DNA of 35,768 bases from a virus (Duplodnaviria; Caudoviricetes): the IMG/VR virus record IMGVR_UViG_3300031473_000144, positions 1 through 35,768 of that record. One strand, given 5' to 3'. A program made the translations under genes and the position numbers. Positions 7,671-15,281 of this stretch are shown piece by piece. Numbering within the stretch: position 1 is the first letter of the stretch; each line of letters opens with the position of its first letter. The notes beneath the pieces were generated by a model that had not been told where the DNA came from, did not search any database, and saw only the letters and a list, made by a program, of their open reading frames with translations.

Positions 7671-8725
7671 CCGAGCTCGTTACCTACGGCGCCCGACCAG
7701 TCGCCACCGCCGCCGAGCAGAAGTTCGCCCAGCTTGACTCCTGGATGACGGCCATGGCTGACGTCGTGAAGCTCAGCGAATACATCGCCGAGACCGACTT
7801 CGTCCCGGAGGCCATGCGGCGCAAGCCCGCCGCCGTCGCCGCGGCGATCCTCACCGGCCGTGAGATGGGCATCGCCCCCATGGCCGCGCTGCGCCACATC
7901 CACGTGGTGAAGGGCAAGCCCGGTCAGAGCGCCGAGCTGATGCGGGCTATGGCCCAGGATGCCGGCCACGAGATCCGGTACATCGACATGACCGACACCA
8001 GGGTCGTCGTTGAGGGTCGTCGTCGCGAGCAGTCGGAGTGGACACGCGTCGCCTTCACCGCTGACCAGGCGCGCAGAGCGAAGATCGACCTCGGCGGCTA
8101 CCCCGAAGACAAGCTCGTCGCCCGCGCCACATCGCGGCTGTGCCGCCGGTTGTTCGCCGACGCGATCGCCGGGCTCTCCACGATCGACGAGCTCGAGGAC
8201 GGCATCGAGACGGCGGGCCAGGCCCCCGTTGTGGCCCAAGCCGAGCGCGCCGACGGCCCCGTTGCCAACGAGCCCGCCGCCACGGCCCGTCGCCGCACTG
8301 CCCCGCGCAAGCAGGCGCAGCCCACCAAGGCCATCGAGACCCCCGCCGAGCAGCCCTCTCAGGAGGCCGAGACCGCGGGTCCGCCTCTGCCGGGTGAGGA
8401 CGGCTACGACGAACCCACGTCGGAGGACCAGCAGCAGGATGCTGCGGCCGGTGACACTGCGGTCACGGAAGCGCAGCTGAAGAAGATTATGGCCATCTTC
8501 AACGAGGTGGACCTCGAGCCGGTCTGCCAGGACGCCGGGCTCAGCCCGCGCGAGGGCCGCATGACCGTAAGTAGCCACATCGTCAACCGCGAGCTGACCT
8601 CCGCCAACGACCTCACGAAGACCGAGGCATCCGTGCTCATCGACACCCTCGAGGAGCTCGGCCGCAGCGGCGACCTGCTCGAGGCGCTGACCGGTCTGCT
8701 CACACCCACCACTAAGGAGAACTGA
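7667..8725 (+). CDS. RecT-like single-strand annealing protein
   Basis: FVPEAMRRKP..AILTGREMGIAPMAAL..IHVVKGKP..LVARATSRLCRRLFADAIAG; follows the exonuclease. Confidence 0.75.
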   Translation: MTELVTYGARPVATAAEQKFAQLDSWMTAMADVVKLSEYIAETDFVPEAMRRKPAAVAAAILTGREMGIAPMAALRHIHVVKGKPGQSAELMRAMAQDAGHEIRYIDMTDTRVVVEGRRREQSEWTRVAFTADQARRAKIDLGGYPEDKLVARATSRLCRRLFADAIAGLSTIDELEDGIETAGQAPVVAQAERADGPVANEPAATARRRTAPRKQAQPTKAIETPAEQPSQEAETAGPPLPGEDGYDEPTSEDQQQDAAAGDTAVTEAQLKKIMAIFNEVDLEPVCQDAGLSPREGRMTVSSHIVNRELTSANDLTKTEASVLIDTLEELGRSGDLLEALTGLLTPTTKEN

Positions 8726-9033
8726 TGACCACCAATCCCCCACCCGAAGCCCTCATCGACGCCCACCGGATCAAATTCGCCGGCATGGGCATGGACCAGC
8801 TCGACGACGCCCCAGCCCTCGACGAGAAGAAGGTCTTCACTGTCGAGGCCACGTGCACCGCGGTCACCCGGGAGCGCATGAAGGACGGCGAGATCCGACA
8901 CGTCGCGCGCATGACCGTCGACAGCGTGTGGATCGGGGACAAGAGCGACCGACCAGCAGAGCCGCCCGCCCTGTTCCCGGTGGGCGACGGCGACGGGCAG
9001 GTCGGCGACCCGGACGACCCGTTCAACGACTGA
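8725..9033 (+). CDS. Hypothetical protein (small beta domain, acidic tail ending DDPFND)
   Basis: RBS AAGGAG, TGATG overlap, high GC3. Confidence 0.75.
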   Translation: MTTNPPPEALIDAHRIKFAGMGMDQLDDAPALDEKKVFTVEATCTAVTRERMKDGEIRHVARMTVDSVWIGDKSDRPAEPPALFPVGDGDGQVGDPDDPFND

Positions 9034-9037
9034 GCCC

Positions 9038-9073
9038 CACGGCTGCCCGGCGGGCGAGCGCCGGGCTGCCGTG
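9038..9073 (+). terminator. Long GC stem-loop
   Basis: CACGGCTGCCCGGCG-GGCGAG-CGCCGGGCTGCCGTG (14 of 15 pairs). Confidence 0.55.
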
Positions 9074-9108
9074 CGCGGTCGCCACCCAACCTCGAGAGAG
9101 ACGTACCC

Positions 9109-9345
9109 ATGCCCCGACCCGAGAACCCCCTGCAGTACCGGCTCGCGCTGCGGCAGCAGATGCCCGCCGAGGCGCTCACCCAGCACGACCGCGGCCTGCT
9201 CGTCCGTCACCTGCACGGTCAGGGGCTGTCCCTCGCCCAGATCGCCGACTGCACCCGCGAGACGCCGCTCGTCGTGCTCCGCATCGCCCGGCAGGAGAAC
9301 CTGCCCGTGCGCGTGCAGACCGTCCGGGCGCGTGGTGCCGTATGA
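9109..9345 (+). CDS. Small HTH DNA-binding protein
   Basis: LVRHLHGQGLSLAQIADCTRETPLVVLRI HTH-like pattern. Confidence 0.7.
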   Translation: MPRPENPLQYRLALRQQMPAEALTQHDRGLLVRHLHGQGLSLAQIADCTRETPLVVLRIARQENLPVRVQTVRARGAV

Positions 9346-9552
9346 GCCTCTGCTGGAAGTGCAACGGCGAGCGCCTGGTACTGGACCCATCCCGACACCG
9401 ATCAGCACCACCCGGGCGACCCCCTGGACTACCAGCCGGTGCAGCGCGGCGACCGCTCATGGAAGGCCGACGGGCGCCCCGCCGACCTCTGCGCCGGGTG
9501 GGCCGCCACCGCCGGGACACGACCAGTACGACCAACGGAGGAAGCCCCATGA
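9342..9552 (+). pseudogene. Possible frameshifted small CxxC gene
   Basis: The ATGA-coupled start MSLCWKCNGER has good codons. After about 9375 the high-GC3 frame is +1 and ends at TGA 9550-9552. Confidence 0.35.
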
Positions 9553-9617
9553 ATAGCCCCATGGATAGCAATAGAGGGCCGCGCACGCCCGAAGAATGGG
9601 CGGTGGACGCCCGGTGA
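9549..9617 (+). CDS. 22-aa mini-ORF translationally coupled to the replication initiator
   Basis: RBS GGAGG at 9537-9541, ATG at 9549, and a stop overlapping the rep GTG (GTGA). Confidence 0.4.
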   Translation: MNSPMDSNRGPRTPEEWAVDAR

Positions 9618-9988
9618 AATTGCCCTGGATCCGCCTCGACACCGCCATGTTTGACAACCCAAAAGTGCTCGATTTAACCGAGGATGGGGACCACCGCGCG
9701 GTCGTCCTGCACCTCACGTCCATGTGCTTCGCAGGGGCACATGGCACCAGCGGACACGTTCCAAGAAACGTCCTTCGCAGGCTCGGCGGAACACGCGCTG
9801 ACGCCGTGAAGCTCGTCAAGGCGGGGCTTTGGGAGATGGACGCCGACGGCTACCGAATCCACGATTGGGACGAGTATCAGATGTCTGACCAGGAGTCTAA
9901 GGGCCGGAGGATGCGCGCCAAGAAGGGCGGGTGCGTCAAGAACCACGGCCCCGCGTGTGGTTGTTGGCAGTACGAGGAGCCCTCGTGA
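9614..9988 (+). CDS. Phage replication initiator (RepA-like wHTH)
   Basis: WIRLDTAMFDNPKV..G.VP..LVKAGLWE..GYRIHDWDEYQ pattern, immediately upstream of an iteron array. Confidence 0.75.
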   Translation: MKLPWIRLDTAMFDNPKVLDLTEDGDHRAVVLHLTSMCFAGAHGTSGHVPRNVLRRLGGTRADAVKLVKAGLWEMDADGYRIHDWDEYQMSDQESKGRRMRAKKGGCVKNHGPACGCWQYEEPS

Positions 9989-10281
9989 GAGCACGTGCTC
10001 AAGCAGTGCCCGAAGCACTACGGGAAGCAGTGCCGCTAGCACGTGCTTTAAGCACGTCCCTAAGCAGTGCACGGTACGTAAGTACTACGTACTTAACGGT
10101 ACGTAAGCACTTCGTGCTTAACGGTACTTTACGAGACGAAGTGCATTACTTACGCTGCGAGATAATCTTTCTGCTGAGTTACGCGCGCGATCGCGTACGC
10201 CAATCTCCCTCGATTTCGGGTTGTTTCGCAGCAGCGCTGACGCGACTGCCACGCAACAAACCCGTCGGCGGCCACCGATGA
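9985..10281 (+). CDS. Possible 98-aa ORF spanning the origin
   Basis: RBS GAGGAG, GTGA overlap with rep and ATGA overlap with the next gene; atypical codon usage. Confidence 0.35.
   Translation: MRARAQAVPEALREAVPLARALSTSLSSARYVSTTYLTVRKHFVLNGTLRDEVHYLRCEIIFLLSYARDRVRQSPSISGCFAAALTRLPRNKPVGGHR
9990..10180. promoter_or_regulatory. Probable phage replication origin (iterons plus AT-richer region)
   Basis: Seven AGCA-core repeats at 9990, 10002, 10014, 10026, 10038, 10051 and 10063, then two 25-bp tandem repeats (10071-10120); locally low GC. Confidence 0.75.
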
Positions 10282-10451
10282 CGACCCTGCAGCTCGCCAT
10301 GGACCGCGCCCGGGCCAACGCCGTGCCCTGTCGCCACTGCGGCGCACCCACCGGCCAGACCTGCCAGCGGTCCGACGGTGCCGACCTCGAGCACTTCCCC
10401 GCCCACATCGATCGACTCGCCGACAGCAATCCGACTGGGGGCTGGGCATGA
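10278..10451 (+). CDS. Small phage zinc-finger protein
   Basis: CRHCGAPTGQTC..AHIDR (CxxC..C..H). Confidence 0.75.
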   Translation: MTTLQLAMDRARANAVPCRHCGAPTGQTCQRSDGADLEHFPAHIDRLADSNPTGGWA

Positions 10452-10996
10452 GCACCGTGATCGGCCTTGACTGCTCGCTCACCTGCACAGGCGTCGCCGT
10501 CATCCACCGCGACGACCTCACCCCCGAGCTCCACTCCGTGCGCAGCACCGGCAAGGCCGGCGACAACCTCGCCCGCCGCGGTGACCGGATCCGGGCCCTC
10601 GTCCGCGGCGTGCTCGCCCACGTCGAGGCCGACACCGCCCTTGTGATGATCGAGGCGCCCAGCTACGGCAGCACCGGCGGCAGCGCGTGGGATCGGGCCT
10701 ACGTCTGGTGGTCGATCGTCAACGGCTGCCAGCGCCGCGGCGTACCGATCGTCTCGGTCAGCCCGAGCACGGCGAAGAAGTTCGCCAGCGGCTCCGGCCG
10801 CGGCGACAAGACCGACGTGGCCGCCGGGATGGCCAGGCTGTGGCCGTCCGCCGAGCCGCACGGCGGCGACGAGTGGGACGCGCTCACGCTCGCCACCATG
10901 GGTGCTCAGCGCCTGGGCTGGGACGTTCCCAGGCTCGCTCGGCACGAGGACTGCATGCGGCCGATCCAGTGGCCGGAAGAGGTGGCCCGTGGCTGA
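10448..10996 (+). CDS. RuvC-like Holliday junction resolvase
   Basis: VIGLDCSLTCTG, VMIEAP, AKKFASGSGRGDK and DEWDALTLA motifs. Confidence 0.9.
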   Translation: MSTVIGLDCSLTCTGVAVIHRDDLTPELHSVRSTGKAGDNLARRGDRIRALVRGVLAHVEADTALVMIEAPSYGSTGGSAWDRAYVWWSIVNGCQRRGVPIVSVSPSTAKKFASGSGRGDKTDVAAGMARLWPSAEPHGGDEWDALTLATMGAQRLGWDVPRLARHEDCMRPIQWPEEVARG

Positions 10997-11171
10997 GCGC
11001 ATGACCCTGCTGCCGCTGCTCGAAGCCGTCGCGCTGCTCGAGGACACCGGCCACACCACCTGGGAATGCGAGCTCTGCGACGCCATCGGCGGCGGACGCA
11101 CCGCCCTCGAAGCCGAGCAGCGCGCCGTCGAGCACCTGCGCCTGGACCACCGAGGAGTCACCAGCCGATGA
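10989..11171 (+). CDS. Small C2H2-like protein
   Basis: CELC..EHLRLDH; the stop overlaps the next ATG. Confidence 0.6.
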   Translation: MAERMTLLPLLEAVALLEDTGHTTWECELCDAIGGGRTALEAEQRAVEHLRLDHRGVTSR

Positions 11172-12505
11172 CGCCAGCGAGCACCGTCGAGTGCGGGCAC
11201 TGCTCGCGTCCGGTGAAGGACGGGCTCGGGCTGTGCACGACCTGCACCGACGCCCTGGTCCGCGACCTGCGCGCCGTGCCTGGACTCGTCGACGACCTCG
11301 GCGTGACCCGGGCCGGTCAGGCCCGCACCAGCAGCCCTCAACCCGGCGGTCGCAGCGCTGACACACCGCTGCCCATCCGTGTCGGTACCGGGCGTGTGAG
11401 CCGGCGCGACTACTGGCCGATCGACGAGCGCGTCGCGGCGCTCGGGTTGGTGCTGCTCGAGGTGGTCGACCGGCTCGAGCGGGCGCAGCACGTCGTCGTG
11501 GCCAGGCCCGTGGTCGTGCGCGCCCTCGTCGACCTCGGACGAGGCAACGTCCGCGACCCGGCGGCGCTCACGGCCGATGCCGCCAGCAGTGTGCAGATCG
11601 CCGCAGTGTGGCTGGCCGAGCACCCGCTGGCGCTGCGCCGGCTGCCCGACGTGCTCGAGGTGCACGACCGGATCACCGACGCGGTCGCCTCGGCTCGCAT
11701 GCTCATCGACATCCGACCACCGCTGGCCTACCGCGGACGCTGCGACTGCGGCACCGAGCTCTACGCCCTGCCCGATGTCTCATACCTGCGCTGCCCACGA
11801 TGCCTAACCCAGTACGAGTCGGCCGACCTGCGCGACCGCATGCTCACCGCGGTCGCTGACCAGCTCGTGCCCGCGCACATGCTCAGCCGACTGCTTCAGG
11901 ATCCCCACGGCGAGCCGGTCAACGTGCGCACCATCCGCTCGTGGCACGCGCGCGGCCAGCTCACGGTCCGGGCGTGGGCACACGGCGATCGCGTCAGCCC
12001 CACGCGCATCGAGCCCAGCGACCAACCGCTGTTCCGTGTGGGCGACGCTCAACGCCTCGCTTCGAGAGAGGATCCCCGCATGACGATCGTCGAGTTCTTG
12101 ACCGCCCGCCTTCGCGAGGACGAGGCCCTAGCCGTGCGGATGCGCGACGCAGTTTGGCCGACCGAGGTGGCTATCACGATCAAGCCCGATACGGGAGACG
12201 TTGATCCGGGCGAGCCGAGGCCGAATGTCGCAGTGTCGTCCCAGGCCGGCGGCAAGGACTACCTCCGGGTCTGGGCGCCCAGCGCCAGCGGGGAGAGCGC
12301 AAGCGTTGATGCCGGCTGGCGGTACCACGAGTCCGCGGTCGTTGTGTGGTCGGCGGGGATCGCCGCGCGCATGCTGGCCGAGGTCGCCGCCAAGCGCGCG
12401 ATCCTGGCGGACTACACCCGGCAAGGTGGACGGGGTGCATCCGCCCGGTTCCTCGCTGGTGTCTACGCCGACCACCCCGACTTCGACCGGGCGTGGCGGC
12501 TCTGA
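11168..12505 (+). CDS. Zn-ribbon/HTH regulator-like protein in-frame with a DUF6221-like protein (second start at 12080)
   Basis: CGHC..CTTC, CDCG..CPRC and NVRTIRSWHARGQL HTH, then MTIVEFLTARLREDE..LAEVAAKRAIL..YADHPDFDRAW. Confidence 0.7.
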   Translation: MTPASTVECGHCSRPVKDGLGLCTTCTDALVRDLRAVPGLVDDLGVTRAGQARTSSPQPGGRSADTPLPIRVGTGRVSRRDYWPIDERVAALGLVLLEVVDRLERAQHVVVARPVVVRALVDLGRGNVRDPAALTADAASSVQIAAVWLAEHPLALRRLPDVLEVHDRITDAVASARMLIDIRPPLAYRGRCDCGTELYALPDVSYLRCPRCLTQYESADLRDRMLTAVADQLVPAHMLSRLLQDPHGEPVNVRTIRSWHARGQLTVRAWAHGDRVSPTRIEPSDQPLFRVGDAQRLASREDPRMTIVEFLTARLREDEALAVRMRDAVWPTEVAITIKPDTGDVDPGEPRPNVAVSSQAGGKDYLRVWAPSASGESASVDAGWRYHESAVVVWSAGIAARMLAEVAAKRAILADYTRQGGRGASARFLAGVYADHPDFDRAWRL

Positions 12506-12517
12506 TCGTGCGTCGGG

Positions 12518-12546
12518 TTGACAACGCTCTAACCTGCATGCATCCT
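12518..12546 (+). promoter_or_regulatory. Candidate late-operon promoter
   Basis: TTGACA-17bp-CATCCT upstream of HNH/terminase. Confidence 0.6.
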
Positions 12547-12599
12547 CTAACTGCCAGCGGAGAACGTGTGTCCACATCCCGTAACGCAGGCATCCATCG

Positions 12600-12914
12600 A
12601 TGACCATCCGCGGCAGCCACCGCCGCATCTGCTCCGGCTGCGGCCGTCTCACCGCCGGCCAGCTCTGCCCCGCGTGCCAAGCCAAGCTCCCCACCACGAC
12701 ACGCCGGGGCTACGGCCGCGAGCACCAGCTCGAGCGGCAGCACTGGGCGCCGCTCGTCGAAGCCGGTGAGGTCCACTGTCGACGCTGCAACGAGCGCATC
12801 CAACCGGGCGCGACCTGGGATCTAGGCCATCCCGACGCCCAGTCCCCCGGTCCGCGTGCACCCGAGCACCGGGCGTGCAACCGGGGTGCCACGGCAGCCG
12901 TCCGGGGTGCGTGA
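12600..12914 (+). CDS. Terminase-associated HNH endonuclease
   Basis: RRGYG..HQ..R, CRRC, WDLGH, PEHRACNR; directly upstream of terS. Confidence 0.85.
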   Translation: MTIRGSHRRICSGCGRLTAGQLCPACQAKLPTTTRRGYGREHQLERQHWAPLVEAGEVHCRRCNERIQPGATWDLGHPDAQSPGPRAPEHRACNRGATAAVRGA

Positions 12915-13027
12915 CCCGGGGGGGTGGGTAAAAGTCCCTGACCTGCGACGATGTGTGACCCGTCCCCGCCATCTTTTTTGGTGGTACCAAATCGCGATCG
13001 TTTCGTCCTTGAGGTGGTGAACGCGCG
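12915..13027. other. Probable cos/packaging-site region
   Basis: Non-coding gap between HNH and terS with a G-run, AAAA and a T6 tract, the usual location of cos in HK97-like phages. The cut site cannot be identified. Confidence 0.5.
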
Positions 13028-13555
13028 ATGCCTCGCTCGAAGAAGCCCGCGGGCACCGCGGTGGACCGCCGGAACGGTCAGCAGGCGCACGCGGCAGTGC
13101 TCGTCGGTGCGAAGGTCACCCGCCCGCCGATGCCGACGAAGCTGCGGGCCGAGGCGAAGCGCCAGTGGACCGCGTACTGGGATGACGCCGTGGCTGGCAT
13201 CGTCCAATCGGCGGAGGTTCCGCTGGTCGTGCGGTGGATCAAGAACTTGAACCGCTACCTGATCCTGCTGGCCACGGCCGATGCCGAACCGCTGGTCTCC
13301 GGCAGTACCGGCCAGCTCACGGCCCACCCGATGTACGCCGTCGCGTTCAAGCTCGAAGCGTCGCTGCGCCTGGACGAGCGGCAGTTGGGACTCGGTCCGA
13401 AGAACCGCGCCGACTTGGGCCTGGCCGTGGTGACCACCGGCCGCAGCCTGGCCGAGCTGAACGAGCGCTACGGGGGTGGTGACGACGACCTCGACGTTGG
13501 CGACGAGCCCGATCCCCGACTCACTGTCGTCGACGGGGAGTACTCCGCCGGCTGA
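13028..13555 (+). CDS. terS: Terminase small subunit (P27-like)
   Basis: GSTGQLTAHPMY..ERQLGLGPKNRADL pattern and position. Confidence 0.85.
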   Translation: MPRSKKPAGTAVDRRNGQQAHAAVLVGAKVTRPPMPTKLRAEAKRQWTAYWDDAVAGIVQSAEVPLVVRWIKNLNRYLILLATADAEPLVSGSTGQLTAHPMYAVAFKLEASLRLDERQLGLGPKNRADLGLAVVTTGRSLAELNERYGGGDDDLDVGDEPDPRLTVVDGEYSAG

Positions 13556-15089
13556 CGGCTGTCAGCGATGTGGGTGGGAGCCGGAGTCCGGCGGGATGTG
13601 GCCATCGCTCGGTGGGATCGCGGTCCGGTGGATCCAGGACAACCTCATCCTGGGTGAGGGTGATTGGCACGGCCGGCCGTTCCTGCTACGCACCGACCAG
13701 AAGCTGTTCGTCTACCGCTGGCACGAGTTCTGCCCGCGGTGCGACCAGTGGCGCTACGACGAGGCCATGCGCGCTGCGGCCACCGGCGACGGCAAGACCC
13801 AGTTCGTCGCGGCGCTGGTGATGCTGGCCTTCGCCGGGCCGTCGTCGATCGCGCCGAAGTCGCCGGTGATCCAGGTGGCCGCGGCGAGCTTCGAGCAGGC
13901 CAACCGGCTGTTCTCTGCGGTGCAGATCATGTGCGGCGGCCGCGACGGCGAGGTCACCTCGGCGCCGCTGCTCGGATTGTTCGAGGTCTACGACACGGAA
14001 ATCAAGTTCGCCGACGGGCGTCCCGGCAGCATCAGTCGCCTGGCCGCAGTCGCCGGGACGAACGAGGGCGGCCTGCCCAGCCTCCTAGTCTGCGACGAGC
14101 TGCACGAGTGGGGCGACGTCGGCGACCCGAAGGCACGCGTGCGCACCGTGGTCGGCAAGTCCACGCGCAAGCGCAACACCCGTCGCGGGTCGGGGCGGAT
14201 CATCAACCTGTCCACCGCCGGCTTCGACAAGGACAACTCGCTGCTCGGGAAGATGTACACCCTGGGCCAGCGAGCGCTGCGGGATCGGAGCCTGGCCCCT
14301 CGGCTGCTGTTTGACTGGCAGCAGGCGCGCGACGGCCTGGACTACCGGCTGCGCGAGCACCGAGAGATCGCGGTGCGCGACGCCAGCAAGGCTGCTGACG
14401 TGATGTGGTCAGTGGCCGACCGGGTCAACGACTGGGGCAAGCCCGAGTGGCCCTCGCACGAGTGGATCCGCTACTACGCGAACCGGTTCGTCGACATCGC
14501 CGACGATTCCTGGCTGGCCGAGCACCCCACGTCGTGGGCCGACTGCAAGGGCACGTGGGAGTCCTCGACCGAGCACCCCTGGGTGCTCGTGGTCGACATG
14601 GCCCTGAAGCAGGACTCGGTGGCCGTCTCGCGTATCGAGGCGCTACCCGATGGTCGCTACGCGATCACGACCCGGATCTGGCGGGCCGCGGACAGCGGCG
14701 GCCGCATCGACCACGTCGAGGTGTGGGCCTACATCCGAGGTGCCGCGTTGGGCGGAGGCTTCATCGGCGTGGTGTACGACCCACGCTTCTTCGAGGTCCC
14801 GGCGCGGATGCTCGAGGATGACGGGATCCCGACGGTCGAGTTCAACCAGGACCCTTCGCGCATGGTCCCGGCCTGCGGGCTGGCGTTCCAGATGATTCTG
14901 GCCGGGACCATCGTGCACGACGGCGACGGGCAGCTTGCCGCACACGTTCTCGCGGCGGTGAAGCGCCAGCAGGACCGGGGCTTCACGTTGTCGAAGGGCA
15001 AGTCCAAGAGGCACATCGACGCCGCGATCACGCTCTGCATGGGCGTGCACGTGCTTAGTCAGGCCACCAGCGACGACTTCTTCTACTGA
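13476..15089 (+). CDS. terL: Terminase large subunit (start uncertain)
   Basis: Walker A ATGDGKT, Walker B LLVCDELHEW, nuclease VVDMALKQD..YDP..HIDAA. Confidence 0.93.
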   Translation: MVTTTSTLATSPIPDSLSSTGSTPPADGCQRCGWEPESGGMWPSLGGIAVRWIQDNLILGEGDWHGRPFLLRTDQKLFVYRWHEFCPRCDQWRYDEAMRAAATGDGKTQFVAALVMLAFAGPSSIAPKSPVIQVAAASFEQANRLFSAVQIMCGGRDGEVTSAPLLGLFEVYDTEIKFADGRPGSISRLAAVAGTNEGGLPSLLVCDELHEWGDVGDPKARVRTVVGKSTRKRNTRRGSGRIINLSTAGFDKDNSLLGKMYTLGQRALRDRSLAPRLLFDWQQARDGLDYRLREHREIAVRDASKAADVMWSVADRVNDWGKPEWPSHEWIRYYANRFVDIADDSWLAEHPTSWADCKGTWESSTEHPWVLVVDMALKQDSVAVSRIEALPDGRYAITTRIWRAADSGGRIDHVEVWAYIRGAALGGGFIGVVYDPRFFEVPARMLEDDGIPTVEFNQDPSRMVPACGLAFQMILAGTIVHDGDGQLAAHVLAAVKRQQDRGFTLSKGKSKRHIDAAITLCMGVHVLSQATSDDFFY

Positions 15090-15095
15090 GGGTGG

Positions 15096-15281
15096 GTGGT
15101 GCTCGTGCTGTCCACCACCATTGGCATCCTGGGTGCAGCGTGCGTCGTGGCTGGGGTGTTCTTGCTGGCTGGGCTTGGCTGGGCTCTAATCGCCGCCGGT
15201 GTACTGCTGCTAGCCGCGTGCGTTGGGCTCACCCGCGACGAGCACTTCCGCAGCCCGGCCCCGGCGGGTGAGCGCCAGTGA
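15096..15281 (+). CDS. Small two-TM membrane protein between terminase and portal
   Basis: Almost entirely hydrophobic; the stop overlaps the portal GTG. Confidence 0.7.
   Translation: MVLVLSTTIGILGAACVVAGVFLLAGLGWALIAAGVLLLAACVGLTRDEHFRSPAPAGERQ

Noticed and set aside
8725-9033. Single-stranded DNA-binding protein
   Set aside because: The acidic DDPF-like tail and position after RecT are suggestive, but canonical SSB motifs are not recognisable, so it is left as hypothetical.
9990-10127. CRISPR-like mini-array
   Set aside because: The repeats are contiguous with no unique spacers and there is no cas operon; position after the initiator fits an origin.
10118-11665. Long antisense ORFs (515 aa here; also 17321-18523, 23215-24687 and others)
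   Set aside because: Typical stop-poor shadows of high-GC3 genes on the opposite strand, with no motifs or RBS.
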